64,000 bases of DNA from a bacterium UBP2_UBA5202 (GTDB taxonomy: Bacteria; Edwardsbacteria; AC1; EtOH8): the NCBI GenBank assembly GCA_002412795.1, contig DHVS01000011.1, positions 19,824 through 83,823 on the forward strand, given 5' to 3'. Below the pieces are notes generated by a model that saw only the letters and a program-made list of their open reading frames with translations, was not told the DNA's origin and ran no database searches. The position numbers were made by a program, and so were the translations under genes. Positions 8,524 to 17,392 of the stretch are shown one piece after another; positions within the stretch are counted from its first letter, which is position 1, and each line of letters opens with the position of its first letter.

Positions 8524-10933
8524 TGCGTTCCACGCCCTTGTCGCATCCGGCCCGAAGACTCTTAAAGTCCCGGACCAACCGGTGCGGGTCATCGGCATCG
8601 ACCTGGGCACAACCAATTCCACCATTGCCGAGATAATATGGGACCCGGACCAGCCCGGTGAGGTCAAGCCCCGATGCGTGGAGGTAAGCCAGGAAACCAT
8701 GGCCGGGGATTATACTCATATACTGATCCCGTCCGCAGTGGCCTTGCACCAGAGCAAGGCTATCATCGGCGAGGGGGCCAAGCGTCTGTTCCCCCGCTCG
8801 GCCGAGCTGGGCCTGGAGTCTTACAAGGACATTTTTCTGGAATGCAAGAACGACATGGGCAATGACCGCACCTACCACCGGGCGCCCCAGGGTTATCGTT
8901 CCGCGGCCGAGATCGGCGGCCATGTCCTGAAGTTCCTGGCCGGAGCGGCGTCCCAGCAAGGAGGCATCCCAATTTCTCATACGGTGGTCACGGTACCGGC
9001 TTCGTTCCAGATCTCCCAGCGCCAGGACACCGTCAAGGCGGCCGAGCTAGCCGGAATCACCATCGCCAACGGCGACCTGCTGGACGAGCCCATTGCCGCC
9101 TTGTTTGACTATCTGGTGGCTTTTCCGGAGAAGGTGGCCGAGCATCTGACCGGAAAAAAGAACCTGGTTGTGTTCGATTTCGGGGGCGGCACTTGCGATG
9201 TGGCCGTATTCCAACTGGAACAGGCCGACCTCGGGGGCCGGATAGGCATTTCCCCGCTGGCGGTATCTCGCTACCATCGCCTGGGCGGAGGGGACATAGA
9301 CCGGGCCATTGTTCACCAGGTGCTGATACCCCAGCTGATCGAGCAGAACCGCCTGAACAGCTTCGATATCGGGTTTGAGGACCGAAAAAACAAGCTGGAA
9401 CCGGCCCTCTTGGGGGTGGCCGAAGCGCTCAAGATGGGACTTTGCGATGAGATCAGGACACTTATTAGTTTTGGCAAATACAAATCTTCTGACAAGACAA
9501 CGGTAATCAAGATCCAGCCAGGACTCCACACCTGTTATCTTAACCATGAAAAATGGGAGCTGCGTTCACCGGCATTGTCAGCCAAGCAGTTTGAAGACCT
9601 GCTGGTCCCGTTCCTGGACTCTGACCTGCTCTATGCCAGGGAGACCGAATACTTCCTGACTTGCTCGATATTTGCCCCCATCCAGGACGCCTTGGACCGC
9701 TGTGGGCTGGAGACGAAGGACGTGGGCCTGTGCCTTTTGGTGGGCGGCAGCTGCCTTATCCCGCAGGTGTCGGCGGCGGTCAGAAAATACTTTGACAAGG
9801 CAACCATTTTTCAGCATGACAACCCCGATGCCATTCAGGTGGCCGTGGCCAAGGGGGCGGCCTGCCACGCCCTTTCGCTGGCCCTCTATGGGCATGGTCT
9901 GTTCCAGGTAAAAGCCCAGGAGCCCATAAATGTCAGCACAGCCTCGGGTCCGGTCGAGATCATACCCAAGGGGGCCGCTCTGCCTTACCCGGCCGAGGGA
10001 TGGAACACATTCAAGGCGCTGACGGTGCCGTCGACATCAATTAAAGATCCAGTGGCCATGAAGGTGGAGATTACCGCCGGGCCCAAGGACGATGTACGCA
10101 TCCTTTTCAGCCAGACCTGGTTCATTCCTGCCCCGGTCAACCAGGGTGACAGGCTTATATTGAGCTACCGGTTGGACGGCAACCAGGTGTTCGATTTTAA
10201 GCTGCGTTTGGAAAGCGACCCCGAGGGTGAAGGATACGACGGCCAGATCCAGAATCCCCTGACCAATGTGGTCAATCCCAACAAGACCAGGATCCTGATC
10301 CAGCAGGACGAAGAGGAACTGAGGACCGGGTCGGTGCCCAAAAGACTGATTCCCAGCAAGATAGTGGAGATCGCCCAGAACTATGCCAAGATCAAGCAGT
10401 ACGAGAAGGCCATTTCCTATCTGCAGAGGGCCTTGAGGATGGGCGACAGCCCCGATCCAAATATTCTGAACCTGATGGGTATTTATAGCGGGCATATAGG
10501 TGACACCGCCCATGAGGAGAAATATTACCGGGAATCCGCTGCCCAAGGAGGCGGCTCGGCATCCTTGTTTAATCTGGCCTTGAGCCAGAAAGAGAGAGGC
10601 AAGAACCAGGAGGCCCTGAAGACAGTCGAAGAGGCTGTCGAGGAGGGAGCGGACGGTCCGACCATGACGCTGCAGTCCATGCTGCAGGAAAAGACCGGGG
10701 ACAAACGGGGTTCGGAAAAATCGATCAAGGAAGCCTTTGAATTGTTCCGCCCATTTTCGGCCATGACAGACTGGGAGCTGGGTTGGTATATCACAGCCTG
10801 CAAAATGTCCGGACGCGATTCCGACCAGGAGAAGGCCAAAAAGGAAATGAGCCGCCGGGGCCAAAAGGGTGATATGACCGGAGGGGCCGATGGGATGCTA
10901 CCGGGCCTTTCCGGGGACTTGGTCCGGCGATGA
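8507..10933 (+). CDS. Hsp70 (DnaK)-like actin-fold ATPase with C-terminal beta-sandwich and TPR-like extension
   Basis: IGIDLGTTNS (Hsp70 signature 1) and VVFDFGGGTCDVAV (signature 2 / phosphate-2) are present. Roughly 430 aa follow the ATPase core, ending in TPR-like helices. Stop overlaps the next start (ATGA). Confidence 0.8.
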   Translation: MRKISDAFHALVASGPKTLKVPDQPVRVIGIDLGTTNSTIAEIIWDPDQPGEVKPRCVEVSQETMAGDYTHILIPSAVALHQSKAIIGEGAKRLFPRSAELGLESYKDIFLECKNDMGNDRTYHRAPQGYRSAAEIGGHVLKFLAGAASQQGGIPISHTVVTVPASFQISQRQDTVKAAELAGITIANGDLLDEPIAALFDYLVAFPEKVAEHLTGKKNLVVFDFGGGTCDVAVFQLEQADLGGRIGISPLAVSRYHRLGGGDIDRAIVHQVLIPQLIEQNRLNSFDIGFEDRKNKLEPALLGVAEALKMGLCDEIRTLISFGKYKSSDKTTVIKIQPGLHTCYLNHEKWELRSPALSAKQFEDLLVPFLDSDLLYARETEYFLTCSIFAPIQDALDRCGLETKDVGLCLLVGGSCLIPQVSAAVRKYFDKATIFQHDNPDAIQVAVAKGAACHALSLALYGHGLFQVKAQEPINVSTASGPVEIIPKGAALPYPAEGWNTFKALTVPSTSIKDPVAMKVEITAGPKDDVRILFSQTWFIPAPVNQGDRLILSYRLDGNQVFDFKLRLESDPEGEGYDGQIQNPLTNVVNPNKTRILIQQDEEELRTGSVPKRLIPSKIVEIAQNYAKIKQYEKAISYLQRALRMGDSPDPNILNLMGIYSGHIGDTAHEEKYYRESAAQGGGSASLFNLALSQKERGKNQEALKTVEEAVEEGADGPTMTLQSMLQEKTGDKRGSEKSIKEAFELFRPFSAMTDWELGWYITACKMSGRDSDQEKAKKEMSRRGQKGDMTGGADGMLPGLSGDLVRR

Positions 10934-12186
10934 GCTGGCTTGTTCCCGAAAATGAGCTTACCCCCGAGCAATTGCGGGCCATCAGGCTGGGACCGGAGGA
11001 AAACCGGGCAATAGTTGGGGGCCCTGGTTCCGGCAAGACCCAGATCCTCTTGTACCGGGCACGGTTTCTCAAGGATAAGCACAGGATATTTCCGGCAAAA
11101 TTCAGGGTGCTGGTCTATACCAATGTACTTAAGGATTACATTCGCTCCGCCCTACCGCTTTTGGGGCTGCCGGACGAATGCGTGCTTACCTTCGACCATT
11201 GGTGCCGGTTGTTTTATGAGGAACACATCGGCCGGACGCTTCCCTGGGACGCTACACACAAAACGCCAGATTTTGCCGCAATACGGCAGGCGGTGGCTGC
11301 CTTGATCGAAAACCGTAAGGTCAAACTTCCCCTTTATGACTTCGTGCTGGTGGACGAGGGGCAGGACTTGGATATAGGGGTCTTCAACCTGCTATCGAAG
11401 ATCGCCAAGCATGTGACGGTCTGCCTGGATTCCAAACAGAAGATCTATGACACAGATTCCAACGAACAGAGCATACTTTCCGTACTGGGAATACAAAGGC
11501 GCAACATCAGCCTGATAGACGCTTTCAGGGTCTGCCCCTACCTGGTGCGTCTGGCCTCGGTGCTGATTCCAGAACAGGGAGAGAGGGATGCTTTCGTAAA
11601 CCAAGCCAGGACCGAACAGGTGGAAAGGCAAATGCCGTTCCTGTACTTGGCAGATTCATATGCCGATGAGAAGGAAAAGCTCTTTCAGATGATCCGCGAG
11701 CGCCAGCTTAAGAACGATTCCATAGCCATTTTGTTCCCCATCAACAAACAGGTCTTCGGATATGCCCAGGGCCTGAAGGAGGCCGGGATCGAGGTCGAGG
11801 TGCCTCAAAAGGGGAAGACCAAGGGTAAAATCCCCACCCATGATTTCGGAAGCAGCCGCCCCAAGCTGATGTCCTACCATAGCGCCAAGGGCCTAACATT
11901 TGATTCTGTGTTTATGCCGAGGCTTACATCCAGGGCCTTCGAATTTACTAGGCAAAGCCAAGAACGGATATCCAAACTGCTGTTCGTGGCCATTACCAGA
12001 GCCACCAAATGGGTGTTCATCTCGACAGATAAAAAGGATATGCTTGACGTTATCCGCGACAAGATGCTTCCGATGGAAAGCACAGGGCAAATCTTCGTCG
12101 GTCGCATGGGGCAAAATGTAAGGGGATCACAACCATCAAAAATCCCCGAAATTGAAACAGAAAACGACCCGCTGGATTTTTTATAA
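10930..12186 (+). CDS. minimal UvrD/PcrA-like SF1 helicase (P-loop NTPase)
   Basis: LTPEQLRAI (Q motif), GGPGSGKT (Walker A), VLVDEGQDL (motif II), MSYHSAKGLTFDSVFM (motif V), LFVAITRATKWVFIS (motif VI). Confidence 0.7.
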   Translation: MSWLVPENELTPEQLRAIRLGPEENRAIVGGPGSGKTQILLYRARFLKDKHRIFPAKFRVLVYTNVLKDYIRSALPLLGLPDECVLTFDHWCRLFYEEHIGRTLPWDATHKTPDFAAIRQAVAALIENRKVKLPLYDFVLVDEGQDLDIGVFNLLSKIAKHVTVCLDSKQKIYDTDSNEQSILSVLGIQRRNISLIDAFRVCPYLVRLASVLIPEQGERDAFVNQARTEQVERQMPFLYLADSYADEKEKLFQMIRERQLKNDSIAILFPINKQVFGYAQGLKEAGIEVEVPQKGKTKGKIPTHDFGSSRPKLMSYHSAKGLTFDSVFMPRLTSRAFEFTRQSQERISKLLFVAITRATKWVFISTDKKDMLDVIRDKMLPMESTGQIFVGRMGQNVRGSQPSKIPEIETENDPLDFL

Positions 12187-12376
12187 AGGTAAGTTGTATG
12201 TTATAAAGATTATGACCAACTTATCCGTGATTGAAAATGCAATAAGACCGTAGAATCAAGATCGCAGGTATAACTAAATAATAATGGCTTTCCGGGCTTT
12301 GGAGTAACATCCAGGGCCCGTTTTTGTCACCCCTTGGTGGTACAATATTAGAGAACTTTAAATAAGGGGTAACGCC

Positions 12377-12649
12377 ATGGAAAAGAAGAAGATGGTGCCC
12401 AAGGTTGTCCAAAAAAGGGAAAGCTTGCCGGGCATTAGCCAGGATACCGCTGTAATCGTCAATAATATCGCTTCAGAATACGATTATATCGCTAAATTGC
12501 TGGGGAAACCGGGGTCAGGCTGGACCTTGGAAAGACAGGCATTGAGACAAGCGGATGGCAAATCCTACGATTTAATTGATGTCGTTTTGAAGGATGGAAC
12601 CCGCCGCCGGTATTGGTTTGACATCACGTCATTCTTTGGAAAAACCTAA
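12377..12649 (+). CDS. hypothetical small protein
   Basis: ORF with a TGnTACAAT extended -10-like element upstream. Confidence 0.4.
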   Translation: MEKKKMVPKVVQKRESLPGISQDTAVIVNNIASEYDYIAKLLGKPGSGWTLERQALRQADGKSYDLIDVVLKDGTRRRYWFDITSFFGKT

Positions 12650-12664
12650 AAGGAAGGAGCCCTC

Positions 12665-13324
12665 ATGTTATCCCCGTTGAAAGAGTTTAGATGCGACCAT
12701 TGTACCGATACTATTAACGATCCAAGCCAGGGCTGGGTGGAGTGGCTGGATTTGGATGGTAAGTGCTCACAGTTTCGTATTGTGCACCGCAGAGAACATT
12801 CGCAGGCACTTAACGGATGTTGCGGGGCGGAGGGCAGAAAAGATTGGCCTTTTTATTTTATTGATGACGTTAGAGAACTTTATGGGGAGTATTGGCTGGC
12901 TACGGCGGGGAAACATCTTACCGAAGGGGCTGTGCCTGGTGGTGAATACCCAGCCGTAGGGCACGAGAAATTAGGCACCGAGAACATGAAATACTGGCGG
13001 GCATATCCCCTGGAGGATTACCTGGGTTTTAAGAGCATGGCCTTTTTGCGCCGAATATTGAAGTCTGGAGCCTATTGTCCAGGATCTCATACCAAGCCTG
13101 AAGGCCTTGATTTACAGGATTTGACACATTTTATATGCCGGTTGACCATACCCTACTACGAAGATATTCATTTACGGGTTTCACGGTTGGTATTTAGAGT
13201 TGGCTTATTACCTTTGTTGGTTAAAACGCTTGTTTGGGGCGATGAAGGCCGCGTAATTCGAATGCAACAAGTACCGGCAATTTTAAAAAGATTGTTCTGG
13301 AGGGAAGATGAAAAAGAAATCTAA
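12665..13324 (+). CDS. hypothetical protein (Cys/His-rich N-terminus)
   Basis: AAGGAGCC ribosome-binding site before the ATG. CDHC...H..H...CC motif. Confidence 0.45.
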   Translation: MLSPLKEFRCDHCTDTINDPSQGWVEWLDLDGKCSQFRIVHRREHSQALNGCCGAEGRKDWPFYFIDDVRELYGEYWLATAGKHLTEGAVPGGEYPAVGHEKLGTENMKYWRAYPLEDYLGFKSMAFLRRILKSGAYCPGSHTKPEGLDLQDLTHFICRLTIPYYEDIHLRVSRLVFRVGLLPLLVKTLVWGDEGRVIRMQQVPAILKRLFWREDEKEI

Positions 13325-13469
13325 AGCTAAACCAAAATCTGCCTTCGACCGGGATTATGTGGTCAAAGGTCAGAAGGCGGTCTACCGGGGTAAAAGCTCA
13401 GATATTAATATGGACAAATTGCTGAAGGAAATGAAGAAACGAGGCCTGAAGAAACTGGAATTTAACTAA
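13308..13469 (+). CDS. possible small lysine-rich ORF (53 aa), below the ORF-track threshold
   Basis: MKKKSKAKPKSAFDRDYVVKGQKAVYRGKSS...KKLEFN. GGAGGG 3 nt upstream. Overlaps the previous gene's end out of frame. Confidence 0.2.
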   Translation: MKKKSKAKPKSAFDRDYVVKGQKAVYRGKSSDINMDKLLKEMKKRGLKKLEFN

Positions 13470-13489
13470 CTTTGATAGAAGGGCTATTA

Positions 13490-14119
13490 ATGGGCAAGAT
13501 CAATTACCTGATCATAGACGAAACGGACCCGGCACACGAGTTTGAGTGCGAGGGTGATGTGATAGAAACATTTTTCTCCACCTCCAAAGCCTTTAACTTC
13601 AAGAAATGCAAGAAGCACATTCACTCTAAAACGGACTTGGAGGATTGGCTTAGGCGGGAGAAGACCCAGGCCTTCAATATCGTTCATTTAGCCGCCCATG
13701 GCCGGTACCGCCCAAAGAGTGGTACTGAATTGGATTATTCCGCCATCTACCGTCAGCGGGGAAGGAGCGAAAAGGAGATATTCCGGCCAGATACCATCGT
13801 TAGGGCTTGTCTGGAGGCCGACCTTTTGGTGTCTACCTGCTGTGAGACCTTCAACAACCATTTCCTGGGAGTGCTAAATGGGTATGGCGGTGTGGCTAAT
13901 TTTATCGCCCCGGCCGGGGATCCGTTCATTGGGGATACCATCGTTTTCTCGTTGATGCTTTACAATGGACTTATCCGGGAGGTGGGGTTCCTGCGGGGAA
14001 AGTTAAGCGATAAAGCCATCCGGGAAACGTTTAAGATCGCTCAGAAGGGCTATAAGGCCTACCAGGGCGAGGGTGATTTTAAGCTGTACAATTGGAAGAA
14101 GGATGCGGTCCATAATTGA
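13490..14119 (+). CDS. CHAT/caspase-like peptidase domain protein
   Basis: FNIVHLAAHG and LLVSTCCET match the His (hlxxHG) and Cys (LvvLSaC) catalytic-dyad motifs of the CHAT/caspase fold. The start could also be 13472. Confidence 0.55.
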   Translation: MGKINYLIIDETDPAHEFECEGDVIETFFSTSKAFNFKKCKKHIHSKTDLEDWLRREKTQAFNIVHLAAHGRYRPKSGTELDYSAIYRQRGRSEKEIFRPDTIVRACLEADLLVSTCCETFNNHFLGVLNGYGGVANFIAPAGDPFIGDTIVFSLMLYNGLIREVGFLRGKLSDKAIRETFKIAQKGYKAYQGEGDFKLYNWKKDAVHN

Positions 14120-14468
14120 ACAAGGATATATAGGAGTATATATGGGACACACCGGGATATTCAAATGCAACGTTTGCGGTCATAGCTTTAATGCCAGCGT
14201 TGGGGGAACCTTTTTAGTGAGCTGTTTCGTTGCGTGGTTTGCGACTAAACCAAGGCTATACCGTACGAGGATTCACCAATGTATTTGCATAAAATGATGG
14301 GGACGAAGCCACTTCCTTTGCCTACCCCAAAGGAAATAGGAGTTTGTTTGAAGTGCGGCGGGTAGTTAAATGAAGATATAGGACCCATGTGTCCCAAGTG
14401 CAAATCAAGATCGATAAAACGAGTAAAAGTGATTCTTTACTGCGATTAACCTTTTAATGGAGGACAAA

Positions 14469-15338
14469 ATGAAAAAGCCTGATTCGATCAAAGAAGTGGA
14501 TGCTCAAATACGCCCGCTATACAAGCAGAAGAAATACCGGGCTATAATCCCCCTGTTGGAAAAATTGATGAAGCTGCAGCCCGCTAAATCTGAACACTAT
14601 CACAACCGGGGTTACTGCTATCACGAGTTGGGGGATTACGTTCAGGCCGTTATAGACCTGGACCGTGCCATTGATCTTGACCCAAAGGACATCGACAACT
14701 ACAAGACCCGGGCCGAGGTATATTTTGACATGGACAAACTGACCTTGGCCATTGCCGACTATTCAAAGGTGATCAAAGCGGAGCCTAAAAACTATAGGAT
14801 GTTCAATAACCGGGGTATGGCTTATAATGCCTTGGGTGATTTTAAATCTGCTAAAAGAGATTTTCTTAATTCATTGCGGGTAAATCCGAAAAATGATACT
14901 GCATGGTCAAATTTAGGAATGGTTTATGCGGAAACTGGCAAGTGGAGAAAAGCCATGCGATGCCTTAATGAGGCTGTTAGTTTGGGTGGTAAGGAAAGAA
15001 TAAATTATGTTAATCGGGGTTATTATTATCAGTGCCGGCATAACTTTAAGAAGGCTTTGGCTGATTATGATAAAGCGGTTGAAGTGGCTCCGCATGAATA
15101 TGATGCATTGGGAAACAGGGCAACTTTACTAAGCGAAGCCGGACATTTGCAAGAGGCTCTTAGGGATGTAAATAAAGTATTAAGGCATTGTCCCGATAAT
15201 AGTATTGCACATTGGCACCGGGCCGAGATTAGGTTAAAATTGGGGCAGTATAAAAAAGCCGACCATGATATTGAAAAGTGGTTTCAATTGAATGGTAAGG
15301 GGCTTTCAAACTGGAGGTTTGAAATACGAAACGAATGA
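14469..15338 (+). CDS. TPR repeat protein
   Basis: Repeated 34-aa W/LG/Y..A..Y motifs. GGAGG ribosome-binding site before the ATG at 14469. Confidence 0.6.
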   Translation: MKKPDSIKEVDAQIRPLYKQKKYRAIIPLLEKLMKLQPAKSEHYHNRGYCYHELGDYVQAVIDLDRAIDLDPKDIDNYKTRAEVYFDMDKLTLAIADYSKVIKAEPKNYRMFNNRGMAYNALGDFKSAKRDFLNSLRVNPKNDTAWSNLGMVYAETGKWRKAMRCLNEAVSLGGKERINYVNRGYYYQCRHNFKKALADYDKAVEVAPHEYDALGNRATLLSEAGHLQEALRDVNKVLRHCPDNSIAHWHRAEIRLKLGQYKKADHDIEKWFQLNGKGLSNWRFEIRNE

Positions 15339-15476
15339 TTATACTTATTCCAGATCTAATGCTATTATTTCTTGACAATTCTATAGTAGGGTGATAATAT
15401 ATATTTGTTATTGAGGGATAAATTTCTAATCACTTGTCTTTAATGGAGATAGAAAAATATATTAGTGGGGGGTATC

Positions 15477-17051
15477 ATGCCGAAATCAAAAAGGACTGTT
15501 GTTGTTGGAGATGTTCATGGACAATTTGAATCTCTAATTCTTATTCTAAATCATGCGGGATTGATTACTGAAAAAGGTGATTGGGCTGGAAGTGAAGATA
15601 TATTTATTCAAATAGGTGACGTGATTGATAGGGGACCGGACTCGCTAGATTGCTATAATTATCTAAAACAAATTCAGAAACAAGCCCTAAAAAAGGGTGG
15701 GGCAGTAGTAAGATTATGCGGCAATCATGAGTTGAATTTATTGCAGGGGGACTATGGGGAAGCAAAAAAAGATATAAAAAATCCCGAGAAAGTTGCTGGA
15801 GCAATTAAGAAAGACGTTTTATCGGGAGATATAAAGGCTGCGCATACCGATGGTTGTTGGCTTTTCACTCATGCCGGACTTCGTTCAGAAGTTCGCAAAC
15901 TGTTGTTAAAAGAGATGGGCTCTAACGTAAAGGATGTTGATCTGGTGAAACTAGTCGGCTATATTAATGACCGTTTTGTCAGTTTGGTAAAAAAGGGCGA
16001 GCTGGAGGGTCATCCTTTGCTATGGGTCGATCCTAAACGCGGTGGCAATGATAAAGTAGGGGGTATTTTCTGGGGGGATTGGAGCCTCATATCGCCATCT
16101 GTCCAGGCGAATGAAATACCGCAGGTGTTTGGCCATACCCCGACCGGTAACAAGGAAATAAATGTTTCATTATATTCGGGATTGATCAATATTGATACCG
16201 GGTTGTGCTTTGGCGGTAATCTTTCATTTTTAGAAATAACAGCTGATGGAGTATTATTCCGTCATATGATGAAAAATAAGAAGTGGACCTCATCTAAAAT
16301 AGAAACAGAAATAAACAGGACACAAAGCATAAAAATGGACTCAAGAAAACCCAATAGATCATTGATTCCCAGAAGAAAAACAAAGGGACCAGAATGGAGC
16401 TGGTCATTAGGTGAAGTGAATACCTCTAAAGATCATTTCAAACTTAAATACTTTTCTTCATCGGAAGATCAGAATGGGCATTTAGTGGCGCTTATAGGAA
16501 AACCAGTTGGTCAGAATTTTACTGTAAAAATACTTGAAGGGGAAAAAAGCTTAAAGAACAACAAGATGGTTAAGGCTGCATTAAAGGAGATAGATTATTA
16601 TTTGATAAATAAGGGCGAAACTGATCCTTGGCGGTACGCAATATACCACTGCGGCACTTCGTCTAACCTCTATTCTGAAATACGTTGGATGTATTTTCCG
16701 ACTGATAAAGACTTAAAAGGCATTAAAAATGTTCAACCGATTTACTATGTAGACGTTTCCAATAGCGACAACAAATTTGTGGGGAGGTTTGTGTTTGATC
16801 CCCTTTCAAAAGCTATAGTTCAGGAAGATGTTACAGACAAAAAGATTATGGATTATTTTCAACAAAGTGAGGCATGGACACCCCAAGGCCCCGAGAGAGT
16901 TACCGCAACTCAAAATCCCATTAGGTGGCTTGAATTGTTGCATGTTGCAACCGGATCACAGGGGCCGTTTGTCAGCGATATTAAGAAAAAAGTGATTAGC
17001 TATAACCGTAATTTGAGAACAGAAAATATTAGCGATAGAGAAGATGAATAA
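15477..17051 (+). CDS. PPP-family metallophosphoesterase (Ser/Thr phosphatase-like) with C-terminal domain of unknown function
   Basis: GDVHG, GDVIDRGPDS and GNHE calcineurin-like phosphoesterase motifs. About 250 aa of uncharacterised C-terminus. Confidence 0.7.
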   Translation: MPKSKRTVVVGDVHGQFESLILILNHAGLITEKGDWAGSEDIFIQIGDVIDRGPDSLDCYNYLKQIQKQALKKGGAVVRLCGNHELNLLQGDYGEAKKDIKNPEKVAGAIKKDVLSGDIKAAHTDGCWLFTHAGLRSEVRKLLLKEMGSNVKDVDLVKLVGYINDRFVSLVKKGELEGHPLLWVDPKRGGNDKVGGIFWGDWSLISPSVQANEIPQVFGHTPTGNKEINVSLYSGLINIDTGLCFGGNLSFLEITADGVLFRHMMKNKKWTSSKIETEINRTQSIKMDSRKPNRSLIPRRKTKGPEWSWSLGEVNTSKDHFKLKYFSSSEDQNGHLVALIGKPVGQNFTVKILEGEKSLKNNKMVKAALKEIDYYLINKGETDPWRYAIYHCGTSSNLYSEIRWMYFPTDKDLKGIKNVQPIYYVDVSNSDNKFVGRFVFDPLSKAIVQEDVTDKKIMDYFQQSEAWTPQGPERVTATQNPIRWLELLHVATGSQGPFVSDIKKKVISYNRNLRTENISDREDE

Positions 17052-17110
17052 GTTACAACCGACAAAGTATTTTTCGGCGGCAGTGTGTTCTTAAAACAAC
17101 TCAATAGATA

Positions 17111-17140
17111 AAGCCGAGCATAACCGCCCGGCTTTTTGTC
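17111..17140 (+). terminator. putative rho-independent terminator
   Basis: AGCCGAGC...GCCCGGCT hairpin followed by TTTTTGT. Confidence 0.4.
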
Positions 17141-17392
17141 TCTCCTCTGGGCTATAGTCTATTGGAGAAAATCGGGGTGAGCCCGTGGAGGTTTGCGGTT
17201 GTTAGGGAATGACGGTTTTAACTCAACCCTTCGACTTAGAAACATTTCAATTATGTAGTACAAGATTGGGTTTTAAAAAGGCGGGCTGGTCTCAAGTTTT
17301 CACTTGTTTATTTACCTATTTTTGGTGTATTCTTAATAGTACGGCAAAATTAACAACCGGGATTAGCTTTAACGCAATAATATTGAACCATT

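Noticed and set aside
8270-11082. Minus-strand ORFs (8270-8980, 9047-9547, 10037-10864, 10525-11082) inside the Hsp70-like and helicase genes
   Set aside because: Entirely antisense to genes with strong conserved motifs. The translations are Gly/Pro/Arg-rich and have no motifs. Shadow ORFs of GC-rich coding sequence.
14073-14297. 74-aa ORF overlapping the end of the CHAT gene and running into the intergenic region
   Set aside because: No ribosome-binding site and an odd Cys-rich low-complexity translation. The region is more likely a non-coding spacer before the TPR gene.
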